A DNA stretch of 64,000 bases from Octopus vulgaris (GCA_951406725.2 OX597833.1:51398001-51462000); one strand, 5' to 3'; positions 14,982 to 30,001 are shown, numbered from the stretch's first letter. Notes: generated by a model from the sequence alone, not told the origin. Translations and numbers: made by a program.

Positions 14982-15057
<76 letters not shown>

Positions 15058-15609
15058 CAGCATATTCCTTTCTTGCGTGCACAGGATTTGATGTCTTCTT
15101 ACGTTCTCTGTTACCCAGCAAGTGGGCTGCCATAGAAACGGATAAGCTCTAATATTTTGGGCCTTGCTTGCTTGATTAGCGATTTTCCAATCTTCACCTA
15201 ATTTTGTCGGCCTCCGCAGTGACACAATTATCTAACGACACAAGGTGGGATTTTGAACTCAGAAAGAAGAACTTGAAAGAAGATGCTGCACTTTAACATT
15301 ATGCACGCCCACAACCTTATGATAGTCGTTAATTTAACGACTCCGAACGGATGAAATGCACGGAGCACTTAACGCTATTTGAATCCAGAACCCAGAGAAT
15401 CGAAACAAATAACTGCGTGTCATGGTATCGGTCATTCTAACAAAAATCTGCCAACTCGACGCCCTAATACATTCATACATGCATACGTATATACATGTAC
15501 GAATGCGTGCTCACATACACACATCCCCGCCTCTCTCTCTCTCTCTCTATCTATCTATCTATATATATATATATCCATTTATCAGTGTCTCTGTCTACTT
15601 ATCTATGAA

Positions 15610-15922
15610 GTTTTTTGTTCCTTCTCGAGCTACGCCTGGCTCATAAGGGCCGGTTTTCCGGTTTCCTTGGCGTAAATGTTCCCCACCAAGACGGGACGCC
15701 GGTCCGTCGCAGGTGAGCTGCAAGATGCAGGAGGAAAGAATGAGAGAAGGTTGTGGCGAAAGAGTTAGCAGAAGTTCGCCATTAACTTCTGCCGGAGCCG
15801 CGTGGGACTTAGGTGTTTCGCTCATAAACACACACATCGCCCGGTCTGAGATTCGAACCCGCGAACCCGCGATTCCTCGACCGCGAGTCCGCTGCTCTAA
15901 ACACTGGGCCATGTGCCTCCAC
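15610..15922 (-). mobile_element. tRNA-derived SINE, family C
   Basis: GGAGGCACATGGCCCAGTGTTTAGAGC (A box), GGTTCGAATC (B box, with a duplicated CGGGTTCG), GC-rich tail. Confidence 0.85.
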
Positions 15923-16101
15923 TTATCTATGACGTAATCGATTATTTTGATAATCAAAATCGAATGCCATTTCTTCCACTTTGTCGTCATAGATTATTAC
16001 TCGTCAATAACAAAGCCTCTTCTTGTTGATGCTTTGAACTTCGCTAATACCATGACCTCAATAAACGACACCGAAATAGAAACGATATTAGAAAGAAGGA
16101 A

Positions 16102-16460
16102 ATCGCGGTTTCGATTCCCAGACCGGGCGATGTGTGTGTTTATTGAGCGAAAACACCTAAAGCTCCACGAGGCTCCGGCAGGAGGCGGTGGCGACCCCTG
16201 TTGTACACTTTCACTCCAGCTTTCTCTCACTGTTTCTTCCTGTTTCTTGTGCCCGACTTCTTACGCAACCGCTGAGCCTGGATGCGCATTCATCCATCCG
16301 TTGATGCTTTCGGTGTCGGGAGTTGACCTGCTTTCTCTTCTGCGGGTCTTACGAATAGCAAAGGACCACGTTTCGGACTTCTCCCACTACAGACAATCCT
16401 GAGGCGCGATCTTGCGAGCTCTGGGACGAAGACCGCTTCGCTCAACAAACAAACAAACAA
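16102..16460 (+). mobile_element. 5'-truncated SINE with family C head and body, a different tail, (CAAA)n end and a 58-bp flanking duplication
   Basis: Shares CAGACCGGGCGATGTGTGTGTTTA..GAGCGAAA with family C; direct repeats at 16049-16106 and 16461-16518. Confidence 0.85.
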
Positions 16461-16976
16461 ACCATAACCACAATAAACGACACCGAAGTAGAAACGATAT
16501 TAGAAAGAAGGAAATCGCTTCTCTTCCACAACAATGCTTCCTGGATTAAGAAAAACACCAATGAACCCTTGAAGCATGTAATAGGAAGGGCAAAATTAAT
16601 TGATTATCATCTATCTATCTATATATATATATTTGATATGTTTAATTTCAATAAGAAATAAAACTTGAACACAGTCGTACAAGGTGTGTGTGTGTATGTG
16701 TGTGTGTGTGTGTGTGATGAGGTAACGCTTCAAGAAGTAGTAAAGCACTCGATCAGTTAAGAGAGTAAAGATAATCTAATAACAAAAATATATTGTAATT
16801 AATGCTACCCACGGTTTCCTGGTCGAAATAATTCTGCCATTTATCAAATTGAGTTCTACGTCTATTTGTGGTGTCCTGATACTCACGTATATAAACTATT
16901 TATATATGCATGTATATATACATGTAGATGTAGGTACGTACATATATGTATGTATGTATGCATATATTTTATTTAT

Positions 16977-17068
<92 letters not shown>

Positions 17069-18000
17069 GAGTGTGTCTGTGTGCACATGTACGTGTATGT
17101 GCATGTAGAATTCTTTCAAATAAACTAGTACAAATTTGTTATTAGTACCTATACAGTGAATGTATACACACCTTTCCATCACAAAGTTAACCCGATATTA
17201 ATCTTTTAGTTGTTCCTTTTATTTATTGATTCGTTCTTCGTATTTATTTTTGTTTGTTTGCTTTATTCTTAATATTACCTACCTCCTATCCCTTTGTTAT
17301 AAATTGTTCGTTATTTTTCCCTCTCCTCCTTTCATTTTTTTCTCATTTCCTCCACCAGTTTTTAGCCGATTCATCTGCTCTTTTTATTCTTTAATTTCTT
17401 CCTTAATATGAATTATTTCCTTCATTTTGTTTATATACCGTTATCAAGGTTATATGAACATATATATTTCCGTATAGAAGATGTTTATGAATATCACATA
17501 CACACGCTCATATAAATACAAATGGCTGAATAATGCACGCACATTCGCACACACACAACATAAACATACAGACATATTATAAATACATATATGACCCTAT
17601 CAAAATATTTATATGTTTGTTATACATTTCTTTCGTCTCCGTAGGTAGACACTTAATAATACACTTTTAAGATACGTAGTAAGTGAGCAACTGCCACGTT
17701 TCATGTTTGGAAAAGTATCTTCATTGATCCACGAAATGTCAGCTATGTCGCTATGTCGGAGAATGCCAAAATCAACATTGTAATGACAGGCTTTGTAAGT
17801 GTGGTAAGGAATGTATGATACCTTTGTGTAACCTCGTGTACAGTAAAAATATACGCAACATTTTACAGTTAGCATGCAAAAATTCGGTTAGAGGAGTTAC
17901 ATGTGTAACATATAAAGTTATTGCAGGCGTATCACATTCATTTTTTTATATTTCAAATCTAATGAAAATAGTTACCAACAACTATCGACTAATTAAGACC

Positions 18001-19045
18001 ACGAGCTGGCAGAGTCGTAAGCACGCTGGGCGAAATGCTTAGCGGCATTTCGGCCGTTTTTACATTCTGAGTTCAAATTCCACCGAGGTCGACTTTGCCT
18101 TTCATCGTTTCAGGGTCGATAAATTAAGGACCAGTTACGAACTGGGATCGATGTAATCGATCTAATACCTTTGTCTGTCCTTCTTTGTCCCCTCTATGTT
18201 TAGCCCCTTGTGGGCAATAAAGAAATAAGAATCGTTAGCACGCTGGGCGAAATGCTTAGCGATATTTCGTCTGTCTTTATGTTCTGTGTTCAAATTCCGC
18301 CGAGGTCGACTTTGCCGTTCACCCTTTCGGGGTCGATAAATTAAGGACCAGTTACGCACTGGGGTCGATGTAATCGACTTAATACCTTTGTCTGTCCTTG
18401 TTTGTCCCCTCTTTGTTTAGCCCCTTGTGGGCAATAAAGAAATAAGAATCGTTAGCACACCAGGAGAAATGTTTAGCGATATTTCGTCTGTCTTTACGTT
18501 CTGTGTTCAAATTCCGCCGAGGTCGACTTTGCCTTTCATCCTTTTGGGGTCGATAAATTAAGTACCAGTTACGCACTCGGGTCGATGTATTCGACTTAAT
18601 ACCTTTGTCTGTCCTTGTTTGTCCCCTCTTTGTTTAGCCCCTTGTGGGCAATAAAGAAATAAGAATCGTTAGCATGCGGGGCAAAATGCTTAGCGGCATT
18701 TCGGCCGTTTACACGTTCTGAGTCCAAATTCCGCCCAGGTGGATTTTACCTTTCATTCTTTCAGGGTTGACAAAATAAGTACCAGCTGAGTACTGTGGTC
18801 GATGTAATCGACTTAGTCCCTCTCCCCGGATTCCTGGCCTTGTGACAAAATTTGAAACCGATAATTATCAACTAGTTAGGGCTGAGAGCTGGCAGAATGG
18901 TAAGCACACTGGGCAAAATGCTTAGGGACATTTCGTCCGTCTCTACGTTTTGAGTTCAAATTCCACCGATGTCGACTTTGCCATTTATTTTTTCGACTTA
19001 ACGCCTCCGCCAAGGTCGCTAGCGTTATGCCTAAAGTTGAAACCA
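18001..19045 (+). mobile_element. Head-to-tail array of SINE family A (217-bp period) plus a further copy
   Basis: GAATCGTTAGCA recurs at ~18229, 18446 and 18663. Confidence 0.92.
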
Positions 19046-19096
19046 ATAATTATCAAAAATTTAGGTTTGTTAGTTAATATGTTTATTAATAAATTA

Positions 19097-19277
19097 CCCT
19101 ATTTACCAGTGTTTTAGACGCTTTCGTGTATAATTTGCACCCTTAATTTAGTTATGAGTCTTGGTAAAAATCATTTTCAGTTCAGAATTTTAGCTTTGCC
19201 ACGCATATAAGTCGCACCCTATTTGTACAACTTAAAATTACTTTTAATATAGTGCGACTATTCACCAGTAAATACGG
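19097..19277. mobile_element. Small pogo/Tc2-like MITE
   Basis: TA-CCCTATTTACCAGTG ... CACCAGTAAATACGG-TA: imperfect TIRs with TA flanks. Confidence 0.6.
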
Positions 19278-19946
19278 TATTTAATTTGTCAATAATTATT
19301 TCTTTCATCAATTTCATTCTCTTTTCGTTCTCAATGATAATCAGTATTTTTTTCGTGGAACCGACGTTTTGTGGAACCGACCCGACGTCGAAAGCAATGT
19401 TGTTACAGTCGATATAAAGCTTTCGACCTCCAAGATGCTTCTGATTATCTTGCTCGCTTGAGTTTACTTTCGTCTCTTAATTCTTGTGTCGGATTTTATA
19501 TTTATCTTCAGGCAGCCTCATTGCGGTGAATGCCGACAGAGCTCTTCCTTCTTTTGTATGTCTGTCTGCTGATGGTTTCTGTCTCCACTTCTCTTTCTGC
19601 CCACACACGCTCTCTCTACAACTTTGCTTTTATTAATTCTTAAACATCCCAGGATTCTCTTATGTCACCCACACTCGTCTGACAATAGAATAAGTAACTA
19701 CTTGCTACCTATTCCAACAACACTCATTTCCCCAATGATTTTACACTTCACTTCTCCTTAGTCTTCCGTACATAGTTATTATCTACACGTAACCAAGACA
19801 TCTGATGCTACACATACAGTGAGTCCATGAACAGAAACCCTGAATATCATTGAGAATAGCCCTGATAACCTTGACAAGCAAGACAAACTCATTTACTACA
19901 CAAAGAGAGAAAACAATATTGTACCTCGTACTGTTATCCTGAATTG

Positions 19947-20278
19947 TAAAGAGTAAAGACTCCCTTCGGTCATGAATGACCATGAGACTGCCCCTAGAAA
20001 GTTACCCTCCGAGAAACAAGTCCGGGCAACGTTGTTTATGGAAGACGAGCAGTGGCCCATTCATACCAGCCTGCCCTCTCCACGCCGCCGATGTTACCCA
20101 CGGGAAAGGCAAAGGCCGATACAGCTTGGCACCAGTGACGTCGCAACTCATTTCTACAGCTGAGTGAACTGGAGCAACGTGAAATAAAGAACACAACACA
20201 CAGCCCGGTCCAGGAATCGAACTCACTACCTCATGATTGTGAGCTCGACGCTCTAACCACTGAACCATGCACCTTCAT
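19947..20278 (-). mobile_element. tRNA-derived SINE, family D (Meta-domain-like centre)
   Basis: GAAGGTGCATGGTTCAGTGGTTAGAGCG (A box), GAGTTCGATTCC (B box); second copy at 52501. The domain name is from recall. Confidence 0.85.
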
Positions 20279-21579
20279 TTATCCTGAATAACAATAAAGA
20301 AAAAAGCGAGTCGCACTATATGTTAGGCTTTACAAACTCTTATTATACCTAACGGTAATCCTATACTTTATACAATATTTCCAAAATTATATCATTAAGT
20401 GTAGTATTTCTCTTTAGTGAAACAAAACTTCTTGAACTCCGAGGACCTGAAAATGTGACAGCTACTGACATGTCTAATTTGCATTATTCATTTATGAATT
20501 AAAAAAAAGTGAAAAAAAAGAACCCAATAAACGATTTGGAGTATGTGCTAACAAGTCATGGAAGAATGGCAAAACGAAATAAGTATATGGCATGATATCA
20601 AATTTGATAATATGGTGCCAAAAGACGCCACGCCCAATAGCGAAATAGGAAATAGGTTTACGAAAATCTTAGAGGAAGTTGATTTAAATATTAAGTTTAA
20701 AGAAAAATACAAATAGATCTACCACATGTGAGTGTAGGAATGGCTATATAGTTAAGTAGTTATTTTCACAATTATTATTCGAGGGTCGATATAATTGCAT
20801 GACTCTTCGAGTAAGTGTCTTCTAACATAGTTTTATGTAGAGCAAATGTTTGCCAAGGAAATTCGACAGAAATTGTGCGGAAGCCAAAGGAATCGTCCGT
20901 TTTCTCGGATGGTGAAACCCTTCCTCCTATGACGAGAAAAATGTAATTCTTTGTTATTTTTTTCTTTTTTGAAGATCGTATGTAATGAAGTTGGAAATAT
21001 TGTGAAATTATGTTCCACATATTAATTTTATACAGTATCAGGTCTCTAGATTGTCATGAAGCAATTTCATTGAATAATACACAACAGGGACACCTTTGAA
21101 TGTCGGAGAAAAGTTGGAAGATAATTTTCACCGTTCCTTGGAAAAAATACTTTTCAACTAAACCGTCCCAACATACGAACGACGAGCTCGATAAATCAAT
21201 AAACTAATTTTGCTAGATAATCACATTCGAAAATCTACTTCAGATCACAAATACTAAGCAGATTTCGTCTTAAATCAAAGAGTAGAAGTACTGACATACA
21301 TCATTCAAAATGGATTGGTGCTTCCCAAACCTAGAAATAATACTTAATTATTACATAGTATTTAATATATATGCTACATAGCCAACGGACTATGGTGCCA
21401 CAGCAGAGCCACAGCCTACTGACTCAAACTATTAAAGCATTAAAAGATAAGCTATTTTCAAAAGTAATTTAAGCGCTAGTTTTCAAAATGTATAGAATGT
21501 TTATAATCTTATATACTTCCAGTAACTGTTGAGATGCTTTAACGAGAAAACAATCTATAACAAACGGATTTAGATTATA

Positions 21580-21905
21580 TCTTTTATCTCTTATCTTTTG
21601 CTAGTTTCAGTCATTAGACTGCGGCCATATTCGAACTTTGAAATGTTTATTTGAACAAATCGATCCCAGAGCTTACTTTTTTAAGTGTGGTACTTATTAA
21701 ATCGGAGGAGAAAGACACAAAGACATACTTACAAACACACATATACACTACGGACTTTCTCTCAGTTTTTGCGGATCATACTCACTCACAAGGCATTGGT
21801 CGGCCCGTAGCTATAGTTGAAGACACTTCTTCAAGGTGCTGCACAGTGGATTGATCCCGGAACCACTTGGTTACAAAGCAAGCTTCTTAACTACTCAGCC
21901 AGACC
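21580..21905 (-). mobile_element. Degenerate SINE family B
   Basis: GTTTCAGTCATTAGACTGCGGCCAT ... CTATAGTTGAAGACAC ... CCCGGAACCA. Confidence 0.7.
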
Positions 21906-22352
21906 TTCGATACGAGCAAATTAATATATGAAGTGCAAAAGCTTTCATTAAAAGACGCAAAGCAGCAATTTCAATCCTTAAAATTTTAGATGTTAAAATG
22001 ACCAAACATGATTTTAATAAATGAACACAATTTTAAAGGTGCAACGGTAATTGTAATTTGAGCCTTGAGTTCCAGACTAATAAAATATAACCTAGAAAAG
22101 AACTCGTAACTTGTTTTACTTGGATAAGAATTATAACAATCGGCAAAAATAAAACAGTCCGTTAAACATTAAAAACAATTCTAACGAGAGCGCACATCGA
22201 AGAGGGATTGAGTTCTAGGAACGTGACAGGTCGAACGCAGAGCTCCAAACAATTGTAGTACAAATTCACAAAATATTACTGACATTGGTTAAAGGATCGG
22301 GTTTACTATACCGAGGGAAAGTGTGAGAATTAATTAAAAAAGATAGACAGAA

Positions 22353-22510
22353 AGGAGTGGCTGTGTGCTAAGTAGCTTGCTTAGCAACCACATGGTTCCG
22401 GGTTCAGTCCCCGCTGCGTGGCACCTTGGGCAAGTTTCTTCTACTATAGCCTTGGGCCACCCAAAGCCTTGTGAGTGGATTTGGTAGACGGAAACTGAAA
22501 GAAGCCCGTC

Positions 22511-22515
<5 letters not shown>
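22353..22515 (+). mobile_element. SINE family B, 5' half ending in (TA)n(TG)n
   Basis: AGGAGTGGCTGTGTGCTAAGTAG...GGGTTCAGTCCC...GAAGCCCGTCG. Confidence 0.85.
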
Positions 22516-22589
<74 letters not shown>

Positions 22590-23026
22590 AGAAATGAACG
22601 AGAAAGACAAAGGTGGAAAGAAAAAGAAATGAAAATAATAAAGGAACGATAACAAAACCGTTGCAGAAAGTGATAAAGAAAGTTCGAAGAAAATAATGTC
22701 AGGCTTTAAAATGTGCCTGGCTTTTACGTCAAACCAACCGAAAGCATCTTGTAAGATTATTCAGTTGCAACAAGCAGTAACGGAATATCTCTGATTTAAA
22801 TCTTATCAACTCACGTGTGTCCCAATGATCATTTGTAACTATCTCATTTTTCGTTGGCTTCTTTGCTTTCACTTCTTGCACGCTGACATCTAAACATTCT
22901 TTATTCTATTTCAGACAGAAAGCAACATGCAACCTAGAAAAATTCACTCCAAAGAACAGAGCTTACAAAGCATCCTCCAATGATACATAGCAACATTTTA
23001 TCTTTCTACATCACAAAGACACAAAT

Positions 23027-23608
23027 AATCTTTTCTACTATAGGCACAAGGCCTGAAATCTGGGGGAAGGGGCTAGTCGATTGCATCGACCCTTGTGCGT
23101 AACTAGTGCTTAACTTATCGACCCCGAAAGGATGAAAGGCAAAGTCGACCTCGGCGGAATTTGAACTCAGAACATAAAGATAGACGAAATACCTATTTCT
23201 TTACTGCCCACAAGGGGCTACACATAGAGGGGAGAAACAAGGATAGACATAGGCATTAAGTCGATTATATCGACCCCAGTGCGTAACTGGTACTTAATTT
23301 ATCGACCCCGAAATGATGAAAGGTAAAGCCGACCTCGGCGGAATTTGAACTTAGAACGTAGCGGCAGACAAAATACCTATTTCTTTATTACCCACAAGGG
23401 GCTAAACATAGAGGGGAGAAACAAGGACAGACATAGGTATTAAGTCTATTATATCGACCCCAGTGCGTAACTTGTACTTAATTTATCGACCTCGAAAGGA
23501 TGAAAGGTAAAGCCGACCTCGGCGGAATTTGAACTCAGAACGTAGCGGCAGACGAAATACCGGTAAGCATTTCACCCGGCGTGCTAACGATTCTGCCAGC
23601 TCGCCGCT
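23027..23608 (-). mobile_element. Head-to-tail array of SINE family A (3 units, 184-bp period)
   Basis: GAATTTGAACT at 23157, 23341 and 23525. Confidence 0.92.
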
Positions 23609-24271
23609 TTACAAAGACAGAAATAATATTGAATTTCTGTTCCACTCCAGTGATGAAAAAATCCATAGCCGTTACTAGTAAGCATTCAAAACTTGATAGA
23701 ACAAAGAGGCTTATGAATAAAAGAATTCCAGCCGGTACTATCCGTAATTTAATACATACCTTGCGCTACATTACGCAACGGATTTCTTTTTTTTTAATGT
23801 TTTAAGATGGCAGGATGTTGGTTGCGAAACATTCAGCGCTATTTCGAAGAAGTCGAGCGATAGTTGATATAGATATGGATGATAATGATTACGACGATGA
23901 TTTTTAATAACTGTTGTGGGGAACATACAGCTGTAGCAGCAGCTGTCGGGTGAGATGATAAAGGTGGTTGTAATGGAGTGAGGAACGACGAAAATATAGT
24001 AATTATAGTCACGGGGGAAGTGTTCAACAGTAAAAAAAAAAGGCGCGGCGTTACCGGTGCGAGTCGGGGGTGATGGCACTAATGTACATCTGCATATATA
24101 CATACATACCTACGTACACACACACACACATACACACACACATATATATATATGCGTGTGTGTGTGTGTGTTTATATATGCATATATATGTGTGTGTACA
24201 TAACGTATGTGTATGCGTCATATATATATAAATATAACTTATACACACACACATATATATATATATATATG

Positions 24272-24321
<50 letters not shown>

Positions 24322-24926
24322 GTTATGTACAAATATATGTGTGCGTGTATGAATGTGTATTTTCGTGGGGATACATACATATAAACTCATCTCTACACGT
24401 GTGTATACCATTTTGTTCACACATATTTGGCTCTGTGTGTTTGTGTGTGTATGTTGGAATATGAATATATACGAGTGAAAACATCTTTACGTATCTGATA
24501 TTTTGTGCGCATGTGTGTGAGATTTCATACCCCCTATATACTCATATACATACTGTTCTAAAACTGACATGACACACGAAAAAAAAAAAGAACCCCCCAA
24601 AAAAAACATGTGATGGACGACGGATAAAAAAGATATTTTTGTAAGATGAGAAACCTCTTAAAAATTTATACATAAGATGTAGAAATATCCACAAATATAT
24701 ATTTTTTTCCGGCCAATTAACAATAGGGAACATAGATCTTTCAGAAATTCAACCAGCATATGTAGGTAAATGATATCCAGTTTTCCTGTCAGACATACAC
24801 GCAAACCCATCTACACTCACGAAAACACACACACACACGCACACGCACACACACACATTGAGCACTCAGAAGCGAAAACACCAGTACATACACCAACATA
24901 TATGCGTATCTGTATATTCTGACATA

Positions 24927-24979
<53 letters not shown>

Positions 24980-24988
24980 ATATATATA

Positions 24989-25098
<110 letters not shown>

Positions 25099-25554
25099 CA
25101 TATATATATATATGTATATATATGTATGTATATATATGAATATGTATATATATATACGTATGTATGTATGTATATATATATATATATAAACATATATACA
25201 TATGTATATGTATGTATATGTGTACAAACACGCGCACTACGTTTGGAGAGATTGATGTTTGTATCTGCGTGAGGCGTCTGTAACTACATTAACAGACTTG
25301 CGCACTCATACATATATAAGTGCTAGTGAGAATATATATAATGACAGGAATATGACCAAATCATAGATATATATATATATATGCGTGTGTATGTGTATGT
25401 GTGTATGTGTGTGTATTAGTTCATGTGTTTGTGTGTGTGTGTGTGTGCTTGTGTTCAGTGTTAATACAATGAACTATACGAAAAACTACAACGCAGTATG
25501 TAAGAGGTTTAGCAAATACGGTATTAGCTTAATGTTTGAATGGAGAAAAGGAAG

Positions 25555-25595
25555 CACCTTGACGTTTCAAACGTTAGTCATTCATCAGAATAAAG
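25555..25595 (-). ncRNA. Degenerate minimal type-I hammerhead motif
   Basis: CUGAUGA-A-UGAC(UAAC)GUUU-GAAA-CG-UC; same architecture as the 6058 copy, with a decayed stem II. Confidence 0.65.
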
Positions 25596-26095
25596 AGATA
25601 AGCACAGAGGGCTTAAAAATGAGAAATAGTCAATGAAAGAAAGAAAACGGGCGAATGAAACCATACTATCATTAAATCAAAAAGAGACTTGTCGAATCAT
25701 ATATTTATACATCAAGAATCTCTAATCCGCTTGAAACATCCGTAACTATCCTTAGAGGTAATAAATATTTGGAGGTTAAGGAGGATCTAGCTGATTTTTT
25801 GTGGTGTAAGTGCTACGTTTGTAAAAGAAATAATCATGAATAAAAAAATAATATAATGAAATACAATTATATATCTGTCATTATATATCTGATTGTCATA
25901 TGTGGTTCTGTGATTAAGTAGTTCTCTTTGTAATCGCGTAGATTCAGGCTCAGTCCTACTGTCTGCCAATTTGGGCAAGTGTCTTCTACAATAGCCCCGG
26001 TTTGACCAGTGATATATGAGTAAATTTGATTGACGGAATCTATGCAGAATCCCGTCATGCATATATTTGTGTGTGTATGTATGTGTGTGTGTGTG

Positions 26096-26164
<69 letters not shown>

Positions 26165-26589
26165 TTGTCTTACCGCTCGGAAACTTATATTTGTCTTTGT
26201 CACCGTAACTTAGCGCTTTAGCGAAATGGGTCCTAAAGAATTAGTACCTAACTTCAAATATACGTCAGGTATCTTGAGCGATTTAATCAATTTGACTGGT
26301 TATTGGCCGCCGTCCAATGCTCAGTATGGCCACAGTTCAATGACCGAAACAAGCAAAAGCTTAAAATTTGTTTTCTATTTTCTACTGTCTTCGAAAATAC
26401 AACGATGTTTATCATAATGTTGAATCAACAATGACAAATTGCTTAGAAATCCTTCACGCATATGCGGTAATGTTTATACTACTCAATAAACATTAATAAT
26501 CTATGTTATTCCTCAGTGTCGTAGTCTTGTAACAATTGTAATTTTTTTGCTTTGTCTTAGCTTCATTCCAAATTATATATATGTGACAG

Positions 26590-27036
26590 TAGCCATGCTG
26601 GAGCACCGCCTTTAGTCGAGCGATTCGACCCCCATGACTTATTCTTTAGAAGCCTAGTACTTATTCTATCGGTCTCTTTTGCCGAAACGCTAAGTTACGG
26701 GGACGCAAACAGACCAGCATTGGTTGTCAAGCGATGATGAGGAAACAAACACAGACATAAAACATATACACACACAAGCATATACACACATACATATATA
26801 TATGTGCATCGGTTGTCAAACGATGTTGGGAGGACAAACACAGACACAAACATATACACACACATACATATATATATACATATATACGACGGGCTTCTTT
26901 AAGTTTCCGTCTACCAAATCCACTCACAAAGCTTGTGAGTGGATTTGGTCGGTCCGAGGCTATAGTAGAAGACACTTGACCAAGGTACCATGTAGTGGGA
27001 CTGAACCCGGAACCATGTGGTTCGTAAGCAAGCTAG
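26590..27036 (-). mobile_element. SINE family B with an internal partial duplication
   Basis: The GGTTGTCAA.CGATG..G.GGA.AAAC segment occurs twice. Confidence 0.88.
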
Positions 27037-27790
27037 TCTTTTATTTCTTAAAATTTTCGATAGATGAGCTTTTTGGAATCACAGCCTGATAAGAAAGTGT
27101 TAGCTGATTAAACCGAGTTAATCCCCGTTTACAGTTTTTGGATTATTTAGCCGTATTTGATTTGTCTTCCTGTCCTTGATGTAAGGGTCCATTTCATCAG
27201 AAACATTGGTTTACGCGAAATGAATCCCTCAGTTAGGTCCGTCGCCCGAAACTTCAAGATCTCATGAAAAAAATGGTTTCTAATTTTTGCACCATGCCAG
27301 CAAATTTAGTGAAGGGTATAAGATGATGCACAAGAACCCCAGTACTTATATGGTTATTTATTTTATCGATCTCCAAAACATGAACGGTAAAGTCGACCTA
27401 GACGGAAATGGAACTCAGAACATAAAGAGCCGTAAGAAGTGGCACTAAACACTTTTCTGGCGCACTGACGATTCTGTCAGCTTACCCATATAGCCTCATG
27501 AAATAATAAAAACACAAACATACACATATACAAACACACGTATACAAACATGCCCACATACTTATATACATGTATATATATATATATGCGTGAACCTATG
27601 TATGTGCGCGTACACACACACACTCACATATAAGATTTATATATATACACACACACAACCACACACACACACACTCACACACATATATAGGGAGTGTTTA
27701 TGAGCATATATTTATGTACTTATACGCATGTATACAAGCGTAAATAGCTACATTTATGCATATATATATATATACACACACATATGTATA

Positions 27791-27842
<52 letters not shown>

Positions 27843-27884
27843 TAATATATATATATATATGTATATGTATATATATATACATAT

Positions 27885-27943
<59 letters not shown>

Positions 27944-28363
27944 TATATAATTATATATATATATATATATATATTAGTATATAATTAGTATATGATAAAT
28001 ATTTAATATATAATATACACAGTATAATTCATAGCACAACAGCAAATAAAATACAAGAAATAAAAGACAACACAACACAACACAACAACACACAACCTAA
28101 ATCAAACAAACAACCCCAAAAATACAAAAATAACAACATAACAACCAAAATGAATAAAATAAATAAATGTATAAATAAATGGAAATATGCTATTCGAAAA
28201 TAATAATACGTAAACAAAACGACGATGGCGCTTTGCATCAACAAGATGGCGTCTTCTCACCAATTTGCAATGAAGATGCGATCAATGACTGTGGTCAGCG
28301 CTGAAGAGTTTAAGAGTATGTTTGTCTTTCTGCCACTTCGTATAATATGACTCGGTACATAGT

Positions 28364-28403
<40 letters not shown>

Positions 28404-28589
28404 CGAACGTGCACGTGTTGGTGTGTATACGTTGCGGAGTGAGTTTGTATTTATTTTGCATACATTATTTTTTGTGTTTGTTTTTATTTATTTTTTTGTT
28501 TTTTGTTTTGTTTTTTTTGTTTTTTGTTTTTTGCCTTCTAGCAATGTTGATTTTAGTTCAGTTTCCTTATTAAAGAGGATGTCGTATAC

Positions 28590-28969
28590 TTTGCTGTCCT
28601 CGTCAACGCCGTCGTCGTGGTCGTCGTCGTCGTCATCGCCGAGGTTGTTGTCGGAAGACGTTCGTGGCTTTGTTATTCTTCTTGTTGCTGTTTTGTTGAC
28701 GTAGTTTTTGTTGTTGTTGTTGATTTTTTGTTGTTGATGGTAGTGGTCGCGGTGGTGGTGGTGATGGTGGTGGTGGTGGTGATGATGGTGGTGATGGCGG
28801 TGCTGTCGGCGATGAAGTAGAGTAGTTGGCGATGGTGTTGGTGGTATTGGTGGTTTATGTGATGATCAATAGTAGTAGTAGTAGTAGTAGTAGCAGTAGT
28901 AGTAGCGGTGGCAGTAGTAGTAGCAGTAGCAGTAGTAGTAGCAGTAGCAGTAGTAGTAGTAGTAGTAGC

Positions 28970-29043
<74 letters not shown>

Positions 29044-29065
29044 CAGCAGTAGTAGTAGTAGCAGC

Positions 29066-29144
<79 letters not shown>

Positions 29145-29176
29145 ATAGTAGTGGTAGAAGCAGCAGCAGCCACAGC

Positions 29177-29210
<34 letters not shown>

Positions 29211-29458
29211 ATGGGGTGCTGGAGGACGTGGTGAAGTTGGTGTTAGCGGTGATGATGGTAGTGAAGATGGTGGTGGTGGTGGCGATATTATGGTGTTGAT
29301 GGTGGTAGTAGTAGTAGTATTAGTAGTGGTGGTGGTGGTGGTGGTGGTAGTATCAGTAATAGTAGTAGTGGTGATTGCTTTTTTTTTTTTTTTTACTTTT
29401 TGTTTGGTTTGCCGTTACTTGTAGCCTCTTTTAGCGTTAATCAAGCAGCAGCAGCAGC

Positions 29459-29492
<34 letters not shown>

Positions 29493-29896
29493 GATGAACA
29501 TCTTTTGTTCATGAAGAAAGAAACGGCGTGAGTGGTAATGAATGGTGGGAGGGGGGAAGAGGGGGGGGGGCTGTTTGAATTGTGTGTGGTAGAATCGCGG
29601 GATGAGGAGGGGGGGCTTGATAAAGTGATTTGCTCAGTTTGAAGAATTTGTGTTGTCCTTGATGGTAGTGATGGTTTAGGTGGTGGTGGTGGTGGTGGTG
29701 GTGGTGGTGGTGGTGGTGGTGATGTTGGTGGTACTAAAGGAGTTGGTGTTGTTGGGATTCGTAGAAATGCAGTTGTTGTGATTGTAATGGTCACGGGGAT
29801 TCATGCTCATAATGTTAATGGTATTTTGTGACAGAGGCAATAATAATAATAACAACAACAACAACAATAATAATAATGATGATAATGATGATAATG

Positions 29897-29960
<64 letters not shown>

Positions 29961-30001
29961 TGTTGGTGATGATGATGATGATAATGCTGGTGATGATGAT
30001 G

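Noticed and set aside
18001-18860. Regularly spaced repeats as a CRISPR array or tRNA gene cluster
   Set aside because: Units are whole SINE copies with no unique spacers and no cloverleaf; the context is eukaryotic.
27120-27205. Minus-strand CUGAUGA as a hammerhead
   Set aside because: No convincing stem II/GAAA arrangement.
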